A DNA stretch of 64,000 nt, from positions 2,232,001 through 2,296,000 of the forward strand of contig CM035356.1 in NCBI GenBank assembly GCA_020137815.1. The letters are read 5' to 3'. The notes beneath the pieces are model-generated. The model was not told the origin of the DNA. It did not search any database and was given only the letters and a program-made list of their open reading frames with translations. Source of the DNA: Hormiphora californensis (lineage: Eukaryota; Animalia; Ctenophora). Shown here piece by piece: positions 24,354 to 36,700 of the stretch (the stretch's first letter is position 1; the number at the start of each line of letters is the position of its first letter). Position numbers and translations under genes: made by a program.

Positions 24354-25067
24354 TCAGTCACCATCAAACTGACATTCAAGGGGGAGGAACCCCCTGCACT
24401 CCTTCTCCCCACACTGACACACAACCTTCCCTAATTGTGAACCCTCCCCATAACAAATACCCAGCTCCTCCCCACCCTTTATATCCCGGGTCGTCCAACA
24501 AGTTGCCCTGGGCACAACCCAGTCATCTCGCATTGGGATTACAGACACATTAGGGACACAAGAGTGGTTCATAAACCGGAGTTTAGAACCACTTGAAGTA
24601 GCATCAATATGAGTTGTTAGTAGCCCTCTTTCTGATTGTTCTCGTATTGTGAGGACGTAGTTTACTGTTGCTTCTCCATTTGACGTTATAGGGGTCTGAT
24701 CTACACCCGTTTTTAAAAGCACATCTGGAGACTCAATTCGTCGGTGTTCTCTGCTATTGACAATCACGCCCGTGTAATCCCCGAGATATGTATGAGCTGG
24801 AATGTCCTGTCCTGCAAATAAACCCAATCCCTTTCCGGGGGATGAGTTTACAGCTAATGTAATAAACGGTACAGGTAGTCTGAATGGGCAGGATGGTGGA
24901 CAGGAACAGGAAGTGTTACACAGGTAAACAGGATCCGGGTCTGATAGGTCGATTGTATGGCCACAAAAGAGTTGATTGGAGCAGGTCAATTCGCAGTCAC
25001 AAGGTGTCGTGTCGAGAGGTAGAGTGTCAGAGGGTAGGATGGATTCAGAGATGTCGATATAGTTCAT
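24354..25067 (-). CDS. SET-domain lysine methyltransferase (pre-SET-like Cys, SET, post-SET; SETMAR/SUV39-like), single exon
   Basis: GKGLGLFA, YLGDYTG, RFMNHSCVPN, IKGGEELGICYG, post-SET CQCGEKECRGFL; uninterrupted 237-aa ORF. Confidence 0.9.
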   Translation of the reverse strand: MNYIDISESILPSDTLPLDTTPCDCELTCSNQLFCGHTIDLSDPDPVYLCNTSCSCPPSCPFRLPVPFITLAVNSSPGKGLGLFAGQDIPAHTYLGDYTGVIVNSREHRRIESPDVLLKTGVDQTPITSNGEATVNYVLTIREQSERGLLTTHIDATSSGSKLRFMNHSCVPNVSVIPMRDDWVVPRATCWTTRDIKGGEELGICYGEGSQLGKVVCQCGEKECRGFLPLECQFDGD

Positions 25068-25334
25068 TAGGCATGCTAGAGAGGGGAGAAGGTGGTTAGT
25101 TGGTGAAGTGGTTCAACCTCAAAGATCGGGGTGGTTTGGGTTTGAACAACGTGAGATGGAGAAAGAGGGAGTGCGCATAGCAAATGCTCAAATAGTGTAC
25201 TTTACATAAAAGCGATCCCGCGCGCTCTCCAAACATTTTCCCGCCTGTCCGCGCCGAGGCACACAATTTCTCAATCAACTCTTCGAATTCTCAAAATCAC
25301 AATTTCTGTCTCTCTATCAATGTTCAAGTTGTTC

Positions 25335-28223
25335 TTAGCATTTCTTCTTAAGCGTTGGCATAACAGGAGGGGGAGGCATTAACTTTTGATCCCCTTTCAA
25401 TTCAGCAGGTGGAATAGCGGGTTGTTGTTGTTGGCGATTCGGTGGCTTCCACCCAAACCTATCAACAAATTGATACAACCCATCGAGAGTAATTGGATGT
25501 TTTATACTCTCAACCACAGCATGTGCTGTTTGATAACTGTTTGGAAAACTTTTATCCTCTCTAACCCTTATCACCTCCCACGTCCCACCTTTCCAGACGC
25601 ACTCAACAATCCTTCTGTGGAGTTCCCTAATCTTCTTCGTTGCCTTTATCTGGGCGTAAGGGTGGTCCAGACCACCAACAAACAACTTCCCGACTCTCTC
25701 CCGCAGTTCTCCCGGCCGGGGTTTGTTTTCCTCGACGTGAAGTAGAAAATCAACGGAATTCAAATTTCCAGGTTTCCATTTAAGGAGCTCAGGGGTGGTC
25801 CCGCTTGTGTATGGTTTCATGATGGGACTCAGAATTATTCCGTCATTTTCGTGTGATAAACGTGGGAGAAATTTTTCATGAAGTTCACGGAGGGAGCTTT
25901 TGTTCAGGAACCAGAATGTTTTCTCGCGTATCCCAAACGGTTCAGCCTGTCGGTCGATTATATTTTTCGAAATGGCATACCTCCTCGGTTCAACTAGCTC
26001 TTTCAGCACAATTTTCATCCTCATTTCATGATTTTGATCACCCACATACTTTCCATTGAGAGATATGACATCATAGATAAGGTACCGGGGTATCGAGTTG
26101 TTGCCATCCTTGTCAATCACCATCTCCCCATCCACCAGGGTATCTGTGAGATGGGTCAGGGGCTTTGAGGAATCCTCAACATGGGCATGGAGATCTCGGC
26201 TGAACAGGAACCGGACAACAGGAATACGAAACGCGTTGTTATCTCGATCAATCATGAAAATCTGGCCCTCCGCCAGGATTAACATGAGGTATCTGGGAAT
26301 GGGGTAACATGGAGTTAGGAAGAGAGAGATGAGGGAAAGGGAGAGAGATGAGGGAAAGGGATAACATGGAGTTAGGAAGGGTGAGACTGAGCTGAGAGGA
26401 TAAGAACCCTAAAGTCTAAATTGGTTGAATAAACGAAAGGAGGAGGAAATCACCTGAATCCATCTGCCTTCCAGCTAACATTGTAGGGCATCTGTCGGAG
26501 AAGCTCAATGTTCTTCATATCCATTGAAACCGGCTGGGACCCAACAAAACCCAATCCTTTTCTTCCTGTGAGAAAAAGAAAAAACTCTCAATTTTGAGTA
26601 GCAACTAAGTTACAGTACAGTAAACTACAGTACAGTACTGTGGATTTCTAAAATAAGGTTCTTCTCGTCATACATTAATGACGTCATCTTACCAGACAGC
26701 TGACAACACTTGTGCTGAATCTCCTTCAGAATATTATCTGGAACAGGTTTTATCGTATCAGATACTCCCTCCATGAACTTCCCATGACCAGGTCCACCGC
26801 TACTACCATCGGTCTTCCTCCGCTTTCGGTTAGGCTCCTCATCTGAGGTGATGGAAAGGATTCAATAAAACTACTTAATATAAGGCTTTACTCTCACCTT
26901 CGCCAGGGATCCTTCCGCCTTATACTCATTACTCTCATTCCTCCTATTGCCTATTATTCCAATATCAATACACCTGAACTGTGAACACCCATTCCACTCC
27001 AAACATTTTTTCTTTCAGCATCTCATTGGAAAATGGAAATCCCCCCCATATACCACCTACCATCTCCATCGTCACACTCAGTACACCAATCAGGGAGTTC
27101 TGGTGCTGATATCATCTCACTTCCATCTCCGTACATCTTGATGAGCTCGTCTATGTAGTCCGGCTTGTAGATACCTGGAGGACCCGCAAAGTTATTACAG
27201 TCAGGGGTATTGCCCGGTAAATCGGGGTCTGACAGTATCAGATATTCAGAGATAACTACAGAGTCGTTGAAGTTATTGAACCTCCCTTTTACCTGGTAGT
27301 CTGTTTTCCCTAAACAGATGGAATGCAGCATCGATTGAGAGATTTTGCACCCGTACCAAGTATGAGATTATCATGAAACCTGTGGGGGGCTGTATTAGAA
27401 AGGGATTGCTAAAATGTTTTATTTCCCCTTCCAAGGCGATATAATCTGAATAACCAGCTCTCTGCTACTCTATTTCTCCGAACCTGTTCTATTGAAGCCA
27501 TGAGTGCAATGTACCGCTATCACTTTAGTGGGGTTCTCCTTCCAGTATAACCGGCACACTGTCACAAACTTTTCAACCTGGGAAATGAGGTATCAGTTAA
27601 TTTGCTATCATGATCATCACTACCAATGATAACAGTGTGGTTCTTATCTGAACACTGGTAACACCCCCCCACCCCCGTTATGTACCTGGTCGGGTGCAGG
27701 TACGGAGCCATAACCAGCACACCTGATCTTTACGTACTGAACATCTCCTAGCTCAGAGGGGTCATAGAACCTACAAAGTTATTACTCAGATATATATTGT
27801 AAATCTTGTAATTCTGGGATGCATGTTTGATTGCCTGCATTTGATTGTATGTCATAACCATACCTGTCTGTTTTAGTTAGGTCGATCATAAGTCCTAATC
27901 TGCGATCTTGTCCCTCCACTCCATCAATCAACATACTGGGTGTAAACCTAAAACAACGGGGGTTGATCAACACGAGTTTTGGACTTGTTTGTACTGCGTT
28001 GAGCGTTCGGAAGATCTGTCTTGATTTGAGCAACGCGTATTGGAGATGTAACAAAATATGTGTACCTGCATTCCTCAGGGACGGTTCCATCAAATTTGCT
28101 GTCCAGGGGTGTTTTGAGGGCCAGAAAGGGGGTGTGGAAGGGCAGGATTTTACCCTTTCTGGGGCAGTGGAGCCAACGAGGGGGAGGCTCCTGGGCCTGG
28201 CCCCGGTTACCCCTCTGACTCAT
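25335..28223 (-). CDS. RNGTT: mRNA capping enzyme (RNA triphosphatase + guanylyltransferase)
   Basis: [79 protein letters not shown]. Confidence 0.96.
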
Positions 28224-28532
28224 GGGAGCTAGAGAGAAGAAGTGGGATTATAATGAGCGAAAATATTGGTCTTCGGCGAAGACTCTTCGCAGTAGATTTG
28301 GGTCACTGGGTATAAACACAAATTATTTATTTGACACCTCAACAATTTAATTGTTATTGTTAGTGATTCACACACACATTCAGTTTAAAAACTTGGTCAT
28401 GATAAATATTCCTTCTCGAGATCTCACAATTTTCTTCATTGTCACACAACTCTCCACCGATTTTAGCCCACCATCTACCGATTGAACCACACTTCTAATT
28501 GCATTCAATGATAGTCCACTCTATCCCCAGTA

Positions 28533-31500
28533 TTATTGGTCCTGTTCGTTGAATCCAAGTGGATCACACCCACTTCTGATGGAGCTCTCGTATACCTTAC
28601 CCAGGAAGCGTCGCAATTCCTAATGAGAATAGTCGTCAGAGGATAAGTTTTCAAGACATGCGACCCACACTATTATAAAAAGTTCAATTGAATAAATCAA
28701 GAATTAATCAAGTGAGATAACACTTACTTCTTTAGTGAAGAGGGTATAAAGCTGATACTGCTCGCTTGCAAGATAGTCCGCCAACTCAACTACCCCAGTG
28801 TCTTGTCCACTCTCCGTTAGGACATTTACTGGGTGGAAGCAAGGGAATTCATTAGGAGGAATGGCAGTTAAACGATAAATGTTAATGGTTAAATAAAAGA
28901 AGCAAAAGCCAAAATTGGAGATAATTATCAGAGAGAATTAACATACCAAGAAGGAAGGTAGTAGCAGGGATACAGACTCTACGGAGAGATTCCAACTGTT
29001 CCTCCCGATCCCTATCTCCCGTGTCTACCTCATCCTTCATCCAGCCCCCATCAATAAACAAGAGGACATTGAGCATCTTGTCTCGGGTCAACTGGGGGGG
29101 GGGGGGGGGGGGGTGAGGAGATATTTAATGGAGGGGCGAGGGCAGTGAAATCTTGTAAAATAAACTCGACGCTAACACGAGTTTTATAACCAATCAAGTA
29201 TGTTATACCGACTTTGGTCAAATTACATAAACTAAAATACAGCTATACCACCACTGCAGAGACTCGGTTTTGATTGTATTGTAGTTGTCAGAGCTCCCCT
29301 TGGTATCACGTCATTGTAGTATGATAGTGATCAGTACCTGTGTTTGGACGATCAGCTGTTGTTCCCATCTCTGGAGGGACAGCTCGTGAAGCTTCTTCTT
29401 CTCTTCCTCCGCTACTTGTTCACTAAACGTTACATTACCACCCGCCTCTTTGTCAACTGAAGTGGGAGTTAATGAATAATGATAAAGCATTGCGTGGTAA
29501 ATTTCTTAAATTTGAAAACTCTATAAAAATTTGAAAACTCCATGCAAATCACGCCATTCCCTCTGAAATGACACTTACAGTTGGTAGGAGTGGATGGTCT
29601 GTTAGCTGAGTGTGAACACCAATCATTGTATGCTTGGTGTGTATCTAGGTATGCCCTCAGACAAAGATATTCTCTGACAGCGTTACCAACCTGCCCAGGC
29701 ATGTTGTCCTCACCCCATTGTCTAGCGTGGGGGGAGAACTTGTTAGAGATATATAGTATCTTGAATAGGTTGTCTAATGTGGGGAGAGATATAGGGAAAT
29801 GTGGTAGTGAAATGCTTTCAAAACGGGAAGGGAACTAGTTTTAGTAATCTACAGATCATATCTCGCATGCCGGTTGGGCGGGAGACTAGGTATTGACTAT
29901 TGAGAGATCTCTCAGTAGACGTGTCTTTTGCAGTTCATGCAAGGAGCTGTCTCTCTCTCTTACTTGTGAATTGTCTCGATGGTGTCTCCAGGAATAGTTT
30001 CAAACACGGCACAAGCAGGGGCATGCTTCCTGGCACCAAGGAATCTCCTGATCAACCTAAACAACAAGGTCATTAAGTCAATAATTCGAAGGATTAAATT
30101 CAATGATCTGTTTGATTATAGTAAAGCAGTACACTACGCCAAACACCGATTTTAAATTCCTTCACTAACAGGAACTTCAGATAGATCCACTAGAATACTA
30201 AAGAGAATAGAAGGCAGTTCTGTTGTTTACCTGTTTGCCTCAATAAGGGCGTCACTACGTTGTGATTGGGTCAGTAGCAGCCAGTTAACTGCTCCCACAA
30301 CCTTACTATCTTCCTCGGAGATATTTGCAACACTAACCAAACCACCCCCACCACCACCGGGACTGTGTTGGGATATAATAGCACGGTATATCCGCATCGT
30401 AACTTCGTCAATCTAAAAATAGATATCATCGAGATAGTGTTTAGCTGTAGGAACACTATATAAAAGATAGCATCAAGATAGTGTTTAGACTCACTGGAAT
30501 GTTGTAGTTGAGGGCAGTTTCAATACAGCCAGGTCGGTCCTCCTCCTCAACATCGGCTAGCACCTCACTAAGTAGTGCAACTTGGAGGTCAGGAGAGAGG
30601 AGGGAGGAATAGTAGACCACCTCAGGGAGGCTTCCTTCCAGCCGCAGCGCCTGGGACAACAATTATAAGGGGCTTCTTAAATCCCAGTGGGTAATTTTGG
30701 GTCGGAGAAGTAGCTGGGAAGAAGGGATCTTGAACTGTCTGTAAGAGAAGAAAAAGCAGATCTAAAGTTACACAACTTACCCGGACATAAGCTGAGATGG
30801 TCTCGTTGAGGACCTCAGGTGCAAAGCCAGGATGGAGAAGATCTAGAACAAGGAGGAGGTGGCAGAGGAATCTCTTATCACTGACACTAGCGCTGGCAAG
30901 GTGCCCAGAGATAGTTTCCAGAAGAGAGTTCATGTCTCCAGAGATGAGGTGGAGTTGGAGCTTGTGGTAGAGGCCATCACAGTTCTTGCTCTTACCTGAA
31001 GGTGGGGCGAGAGAGATCAGTTTGGTGAAATTATGATATCAGTGGCCTGGAAAACATAATATGTTACTATACTTGGTCATTTTCATTGGGACAGTATTAT
31101 TGTGACGCAACAGATAACGGGAGAAACACACACATAATCTAAGAGGAATAAAGACCCCAATCAGAGAGATATATATGACATATGTATGTACTCTCGATAT
31201 CTTACCAATAGTATCATAAATCATATCGGGTGTGAGGGTGTGTTTCCAGTAACCCCCGGGCAACATTCCATCACACAGCTCACTCTCCACCCTCTGATCC
31301 ACGAGAGTCTTGAACCACGCCCACAGATCATCATGGAAGGTCTCACAGGCGGGCAACATGGCTTTAAGGTTCCCAGAGAGAGCACCATATAGGGCCCGTT
31401 CCTCGGTAGTGATGGAGGAGGAGGAGTTGCAGAATTCCCAGGCGCAGTTCTTCCAAAGGGCACGGGTTAGGTTTCCCTCAATAGGCTCCACACTGAAACA

Positions 31501-32961
31501 AGAGTTAGATAAACAGTCAGATTCGATAATGAAATCTAACTAATGGTTTCAACTCATCACGTCATCAATACAAGAGTAAAGAAGAAGTAGCATGAACCTA
31601 CCCATCAGTATTGTCACTGCAATAGTTTGGATCATGATGTAGCCTCCATCCGTCAATCACTGCACTCCGCCACGGCTGTCCGGCGCTAATACACAACTTC
31701 TGGGCTTCCTCAACCTGCCCAGCCCGGACTAGTGCAAAGAGGTGCCGTACAAGCCTGTTCTGGTCCTCCTGATCCAATTCGTGGATGGGCAGGGATTCTC
31801 GGGTGGGGGCGTCAGGATCCACAGAACTGACAATCTTCTTTGCTTGGTGGTTGCACAGTGTGTGAATAGTGTTCTCCCAACTAACTTTACCAGAGAAATA
31901 TCCAACCTGGAAAAAGTCAATATCTGGAATTACTTAAGAACTGTCTTTCCGCATTAAAACAAATCTTAGGACCTGATTAATAGAAATATCACTACAACAA
32001 TAAAGTACCTTGGTAGGCATATCATCGAGCACCTCAGCTGCATTACTCTCCAGCCAGTCCAATACAACCTGGTAATGTCTAATCTGCTCCTCGGCACTGT
32101 ACAACTTGTTAATGTTACCCTGGTGACTCAGTCCCCCTGGTGATGTCATCATAACGTCATCAGTGTCCTCGTCACTCAGAGCAGCGTTCAGCTTGTTCTG
32201 GTATATCGCCCCAACTAACTTCCACGTGTGCCTAGTGGTTGAATGATATGTTAAGTCTGAAATCACTAATTCAATAGAAACAGTGACAAGTTTTAAGCCC
32301 GAAATCGCTAATGTTAGAACAAGTTTAATATCAAGTTTTACCTTTCACTAGCAATTTCACTGCAAGCATTTCTGAGCTGTTGGGAGAGTTTTTTGGAATG
32401 CCGAACCGAGGGTACAAGGGATTTACTATGTGAAAGAAGGTCCAGACATTGGTTCGTATAGTCACCCACAACAGCGATCACATCTTCAGCAGCTAGATTT
32501 TGATATCTGGGAGAGGGAGATGATAAACAGGGTGATGGAGTTTAATTTTGAATGCCAAAAAGAGGGAGATTCAGATATCATAATTGAACTAACGTAGTTG
32601 CGAAGGTCTTGATGAGACAGTTAGTTGTTGTCACTTTCTCTACTTTTGCAGCGATTTCTGGATTTTGCATGAAGGACTCAGTGATTGACATCTGAGTGCC
32701 CTCACGAGTTGTCTGCTCCAAAATTGACGTTTTGGAGGGAGTAAGGACATTTTGATGGTCAAGCAAGGTGATCGATTCAAAACTTTTCTTCTGAAGGGGC
32801 GTCCCAAACATTGGTGACAATCCGATGGACTTGTTTCCGAGTCGTTGTGATGGTGTAAGAGACTCGTCCAGGGAACATATTGCTCTCTTGATCTCGTGGA
32901 GACGGTCCGCATACCGGAGGACCGGTTTTTCATGGACTGGTGTCATATCATACTCAGCCAT
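28533..32961 (-). CDS. NUP107: Nuclear pore complex protein Nup107, multi-exon
   Basis: MDPDAPTRE, LVRAGQVEEAQKLC, GQPWRSAVIDGWRLHHDPN, ERALYGALSGNL, AVREYLCLRAYL, LFIDGGWM, LRRVCIP, C-terminal DPLGF. Confidence 0.94.
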
Positions 32962-33797
32962 GGCTAGGGAGGTAGATAATTAAGGCATAGACTGAAGAGA
33001 GGCGTTGGTCGGGTCTTCGTGAAGCTGGAAAAACGCGGTTTTTCCTTCCTTCGCAAAAGCGGAAAAAGATTTGGCAAAAAAAAGTGAAAAGTAAAATTTG
33101 AAAAAAATCAAGTTGAATGCGCGTGGTATATGCAGCGCAAAATACTGTTGTTTTTCGCGCCGCGCGGTCTAAATTGGTCATGAAATTTCAAACTTGAGAT
33201 TTGTGAAATTTTTCTTTCCACTCTTTTTTTTATTTTTCAGTTTGGCATGCGCTGCAGGCCCCAAGTGCGCGCGTTTTCCACGGCCTGTAGCATAGGCCAA
33301 TTTTTCAGTCGTCTTTTTGCTTTGGAATAGGGATCCCTAAAAAAGTTCAGTATTTACACAGAGGTCAGCGTTTACACAGTCTTTACACAGTCGTTACACC
33401 CAGAGCGCCCGCGCCGCTCTGGGTGTAAAGACTGCGTCTTTCGCACTCGATTTGCAGCGTTTTCGGAAACTTTTTTCGCCGCAGCGCTCAATTTACTCAA
33501 TTGTGCAGCACACAATCCAATATTTTCTTAGAAAAAGCCGCAAAACGCAGCACGCGCCGCTCTGGGTGTAATGACTGTGTAAAGACTGTGTAAACTCTGT
33601 GTAAATACTGAACTTTTTTAGGGATCCCTATGCGCTGCAGCCCCCTCATTATATTATATTATAAGGGGCCTGCAACGTATGCCAACTTTTTGCTCCTTTA
33701 CCGTCGAATCCTCTCTTTCTGTCTTAAAGGGTGTACTGGACAAAGGATAGGTGTCACCACTGACAGAAATTATCAATTTTTATCTAGCCGTTTTATC
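32962..33797. promoter_or_regulatory. Probable bidirectional promoter region NUP107 / CEP120
   Basis: Head-to-head start codons 836 bp apart; CpG/GCGC-rich segments. Confidence 0.6.
33330..33628. mobile_element. MITE (~300 bp) in the NUP107-CEP120 intergenic region
   Basis: TIR GGGATCCCTAAAAAAGTTCAGTATTTACACAGAG at both ends; TA (or AT) flanks; internal TTTACACAG repeats. Confidence 0.8.
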
Positions 33798-36700
33798 ATG
33801 ACACCACCTCCGCCTGTTCTCATTGTCGCTACCATTCTGGAGGGAAAGCAGTTCCCACCAAAACCAAAATCTCAGCTTCTTGTCACGTGCAAGTTCGCTG
33901 GGGAAACCCTGAACAGTGATGCAGTCCTCCACACCAACGCTCCGTATTTCAACACTGAGCTGGCGTGGGAGATGACTAAGAAAAACTTACATCAACATCG
34001 TCTGCAGAGGACGCCCCTCAAACTAACAGTAAGTTTATTTAATTGATTACTAATTTACCACATTGTTCGGCAACTAAAAGTACTTTCTCTCACTTCCTTA
34101 CTTTGCCACCACAAGAGAGTGACGATTTTTGGATGTTGTTTTTCTCAGTTCTTCATTTCCCACCCCACCAGTTCACCTGTGTAACTGGGAGCACACGAGA
34201 GGAAGTTGGGCATGTGATGCTGGATCTCCGCTCAATTGCTGCTGAGAATGAGGAATACAAGTGGTACCCGTTAGCTAGGAGCAAGTACAAGACCCACAAA
34301 CCTCAGATACGGCTGTTGTTGGCTATCGAGGAGGAATCTGCACAACCACCCGCCGACCCTCCTGTAAGTGATGAGTGTGTTTCTCTGTCGTTGATTGACG
34401 ATTATCTTTCCCTGGATACGACACGGAAAGTAAAATCAGAATATGAAAATGACAGTTTCAAATCACCTTGAATATGACTCGTCTCTCTCTCCCTTCAGGC
34501 TGGCCCACCGAAACTCTTTGTCTCGCTAGATACCAGTTCTGGGTGCTATCAAGTTGGGGACCCAACACCTTCTGATTCTGTCTACGGTTTATCACTAACA
34601 GTCATTGCAGCCGCTCACCTGTCACATCTTATAAACAACTCCATTCCAGGGGCATTCTGCTTCAGGTATGTAACTGAGCCTCTTTTACTAATGCTAATGT
34701 TAACAGAAATTGTTGGGAATTGTTGTTTGGTTACTTTTATTATAAACCTCTCCCACCTCTAATGAATTATTTATATCAGGTTCAACCTGCTCGATAACGT
34801 GATAACCAACTCTTCATTTTCCAACGCTGTCAAGCCTGATTTCCCTCTCGAGCGAGTCAGTGTGAAGTTACGGGGAACACTCCCCAGTATTTACCGGTAT
34901 TTGAGCACTGTCAAGGACGTCTCACTTCAGTTGTGCCAAGGTAAAGAGGAGAGAATGGCGATGAAGAAATTCCTTCACTTTTCCCAAGCCACAACCAAAT
35001 ACTTGGACTGTTATGACTCTTTTTCACAGCCGCCCGCCCGCCAATGACCCATCGTTCGAATCTAACAAATACAATGTTTCAGGGGGCGAGACGATTGGTG
35101 TAACAGGAATAGCCCTGTCTAAACTACTGACATCCCAAAGTGATGAAGAGAATATAAACTCCCTTCATACATGTCTTACACTGAGGAACCCTAAAGAGGT
35201 ATGATTAGATCCAATTAGAGTATGTTACAGGAGCCATTAGAGCTGCACAATTAAAAGAGCTGCTACATGTTTACACTGAGTACTCTAACATTTATTATAG
35301 GCAGGGTTGTCAGGGACTGGCTGTACATCGTGCACCCTGCAAGTACTTTGTTCTTTTGTTTATGTCCCCAGTCTCCATCCTCATCTCAGCTGTGTTTCAC
35401 ACACCCATATTGTATTTAATTGTGTAACTACGACTAACACACAACCCCTTTGTCACAAACATCTATCACACACCTATAGTGGTCCCCTTTATAACATCCC
35501 CTCCCCCCTCCTCAGGAGGACACAGTGATTGCAGAGGACCAGCCCATGGTTGAGGTTCACTTTACCCTCAAGGAGGAGAGGGAGTCACGTGACCAGCCAC
35601 GTGACCTGGGGCAGCAACCACGTGACCTGTCAGCTGATACAGAGGACCTTCTGGCGCCCTCCACCGCCACTGAGAATAATAATATGGAGGTAGGTTCAGA
35701 TTGTTGGCCATGAGGGGTGGGGGAGGAGGCAGTGAGGGGTTGGGAGTGGATATGAGGGGTGGGGGAGGAGGCAAAGTGAGAGGTTTGTTGGAGCTTTGAA
35801 TAAAGAGATTTAGGGAGGAAGATGTAATTTGTACAGTACTACTGTTATAATAAGCATGTTTCCAAGAGCTGAATTTAGTTTGTATGCCTGAGCAATTACG
35901 CTAAATCTAGTGCTATGCTATCTTACTATATAACTTTCCCACTTTTACCCAACTTATCTCTAAGAAACTTTCCCACTTTGACCCAACTTATCTCTAAGAA
36001 ACTTTCCCACTTTGACCCAACTTATCTCTAAGAAACTTTTCCACTTTGACCCAACTTATCTCTAAGAAACTTTCCCACTTTGACCCAACTTATCTCTAAG
36101 AAACTTTCCCACTTTGACCCAACTTATCTCTAAGAAACTTTCTCACTTTGACCCAACTTATCTCTAAGAAACTTTCCCACTTTGACCCAACTTATCTCTA
36201 AGAAACTTTCCCACTTTGACCCAACTTATCTCTAAGAAACTTTCCCACTTTGACCCAACTTATCTCTAAGAAACTTTCCCACTTTGACCCAACTTATCTC
36301 TAAGAAACTTTCCCACTTTGACCCAACTTATCTCTAAGAAACTTTCCCACTTTGACCCAACTTATCTCTAAGAAACTTTCCCACTTTGACCCAACTTATC
36401 TCTAAGAAACTTTCCCACTTTGACCCAACTAATCTCTAAGAAACTTTCCCACTTTGACCCAACTTATCTCTAAGAAACTTTCCCACTTTGACCCAACTTA
36501 TCTCTAAGAAACTTTCCCACTTTGACCCAACTTATCTCTAAGAAACTTTTCCACTTTGACCCAACTTATCTCTAAGAAACTTTCCCACTTTGACCCAACT
36601 TATCTCTAAGAAACTTTCTCACTTTGACCCAACTTATCTCTAAGAAACTTTCCCACTTTGACCCAATTTATCTCTAAGAAACTTTTCCACTTTGACCCAA

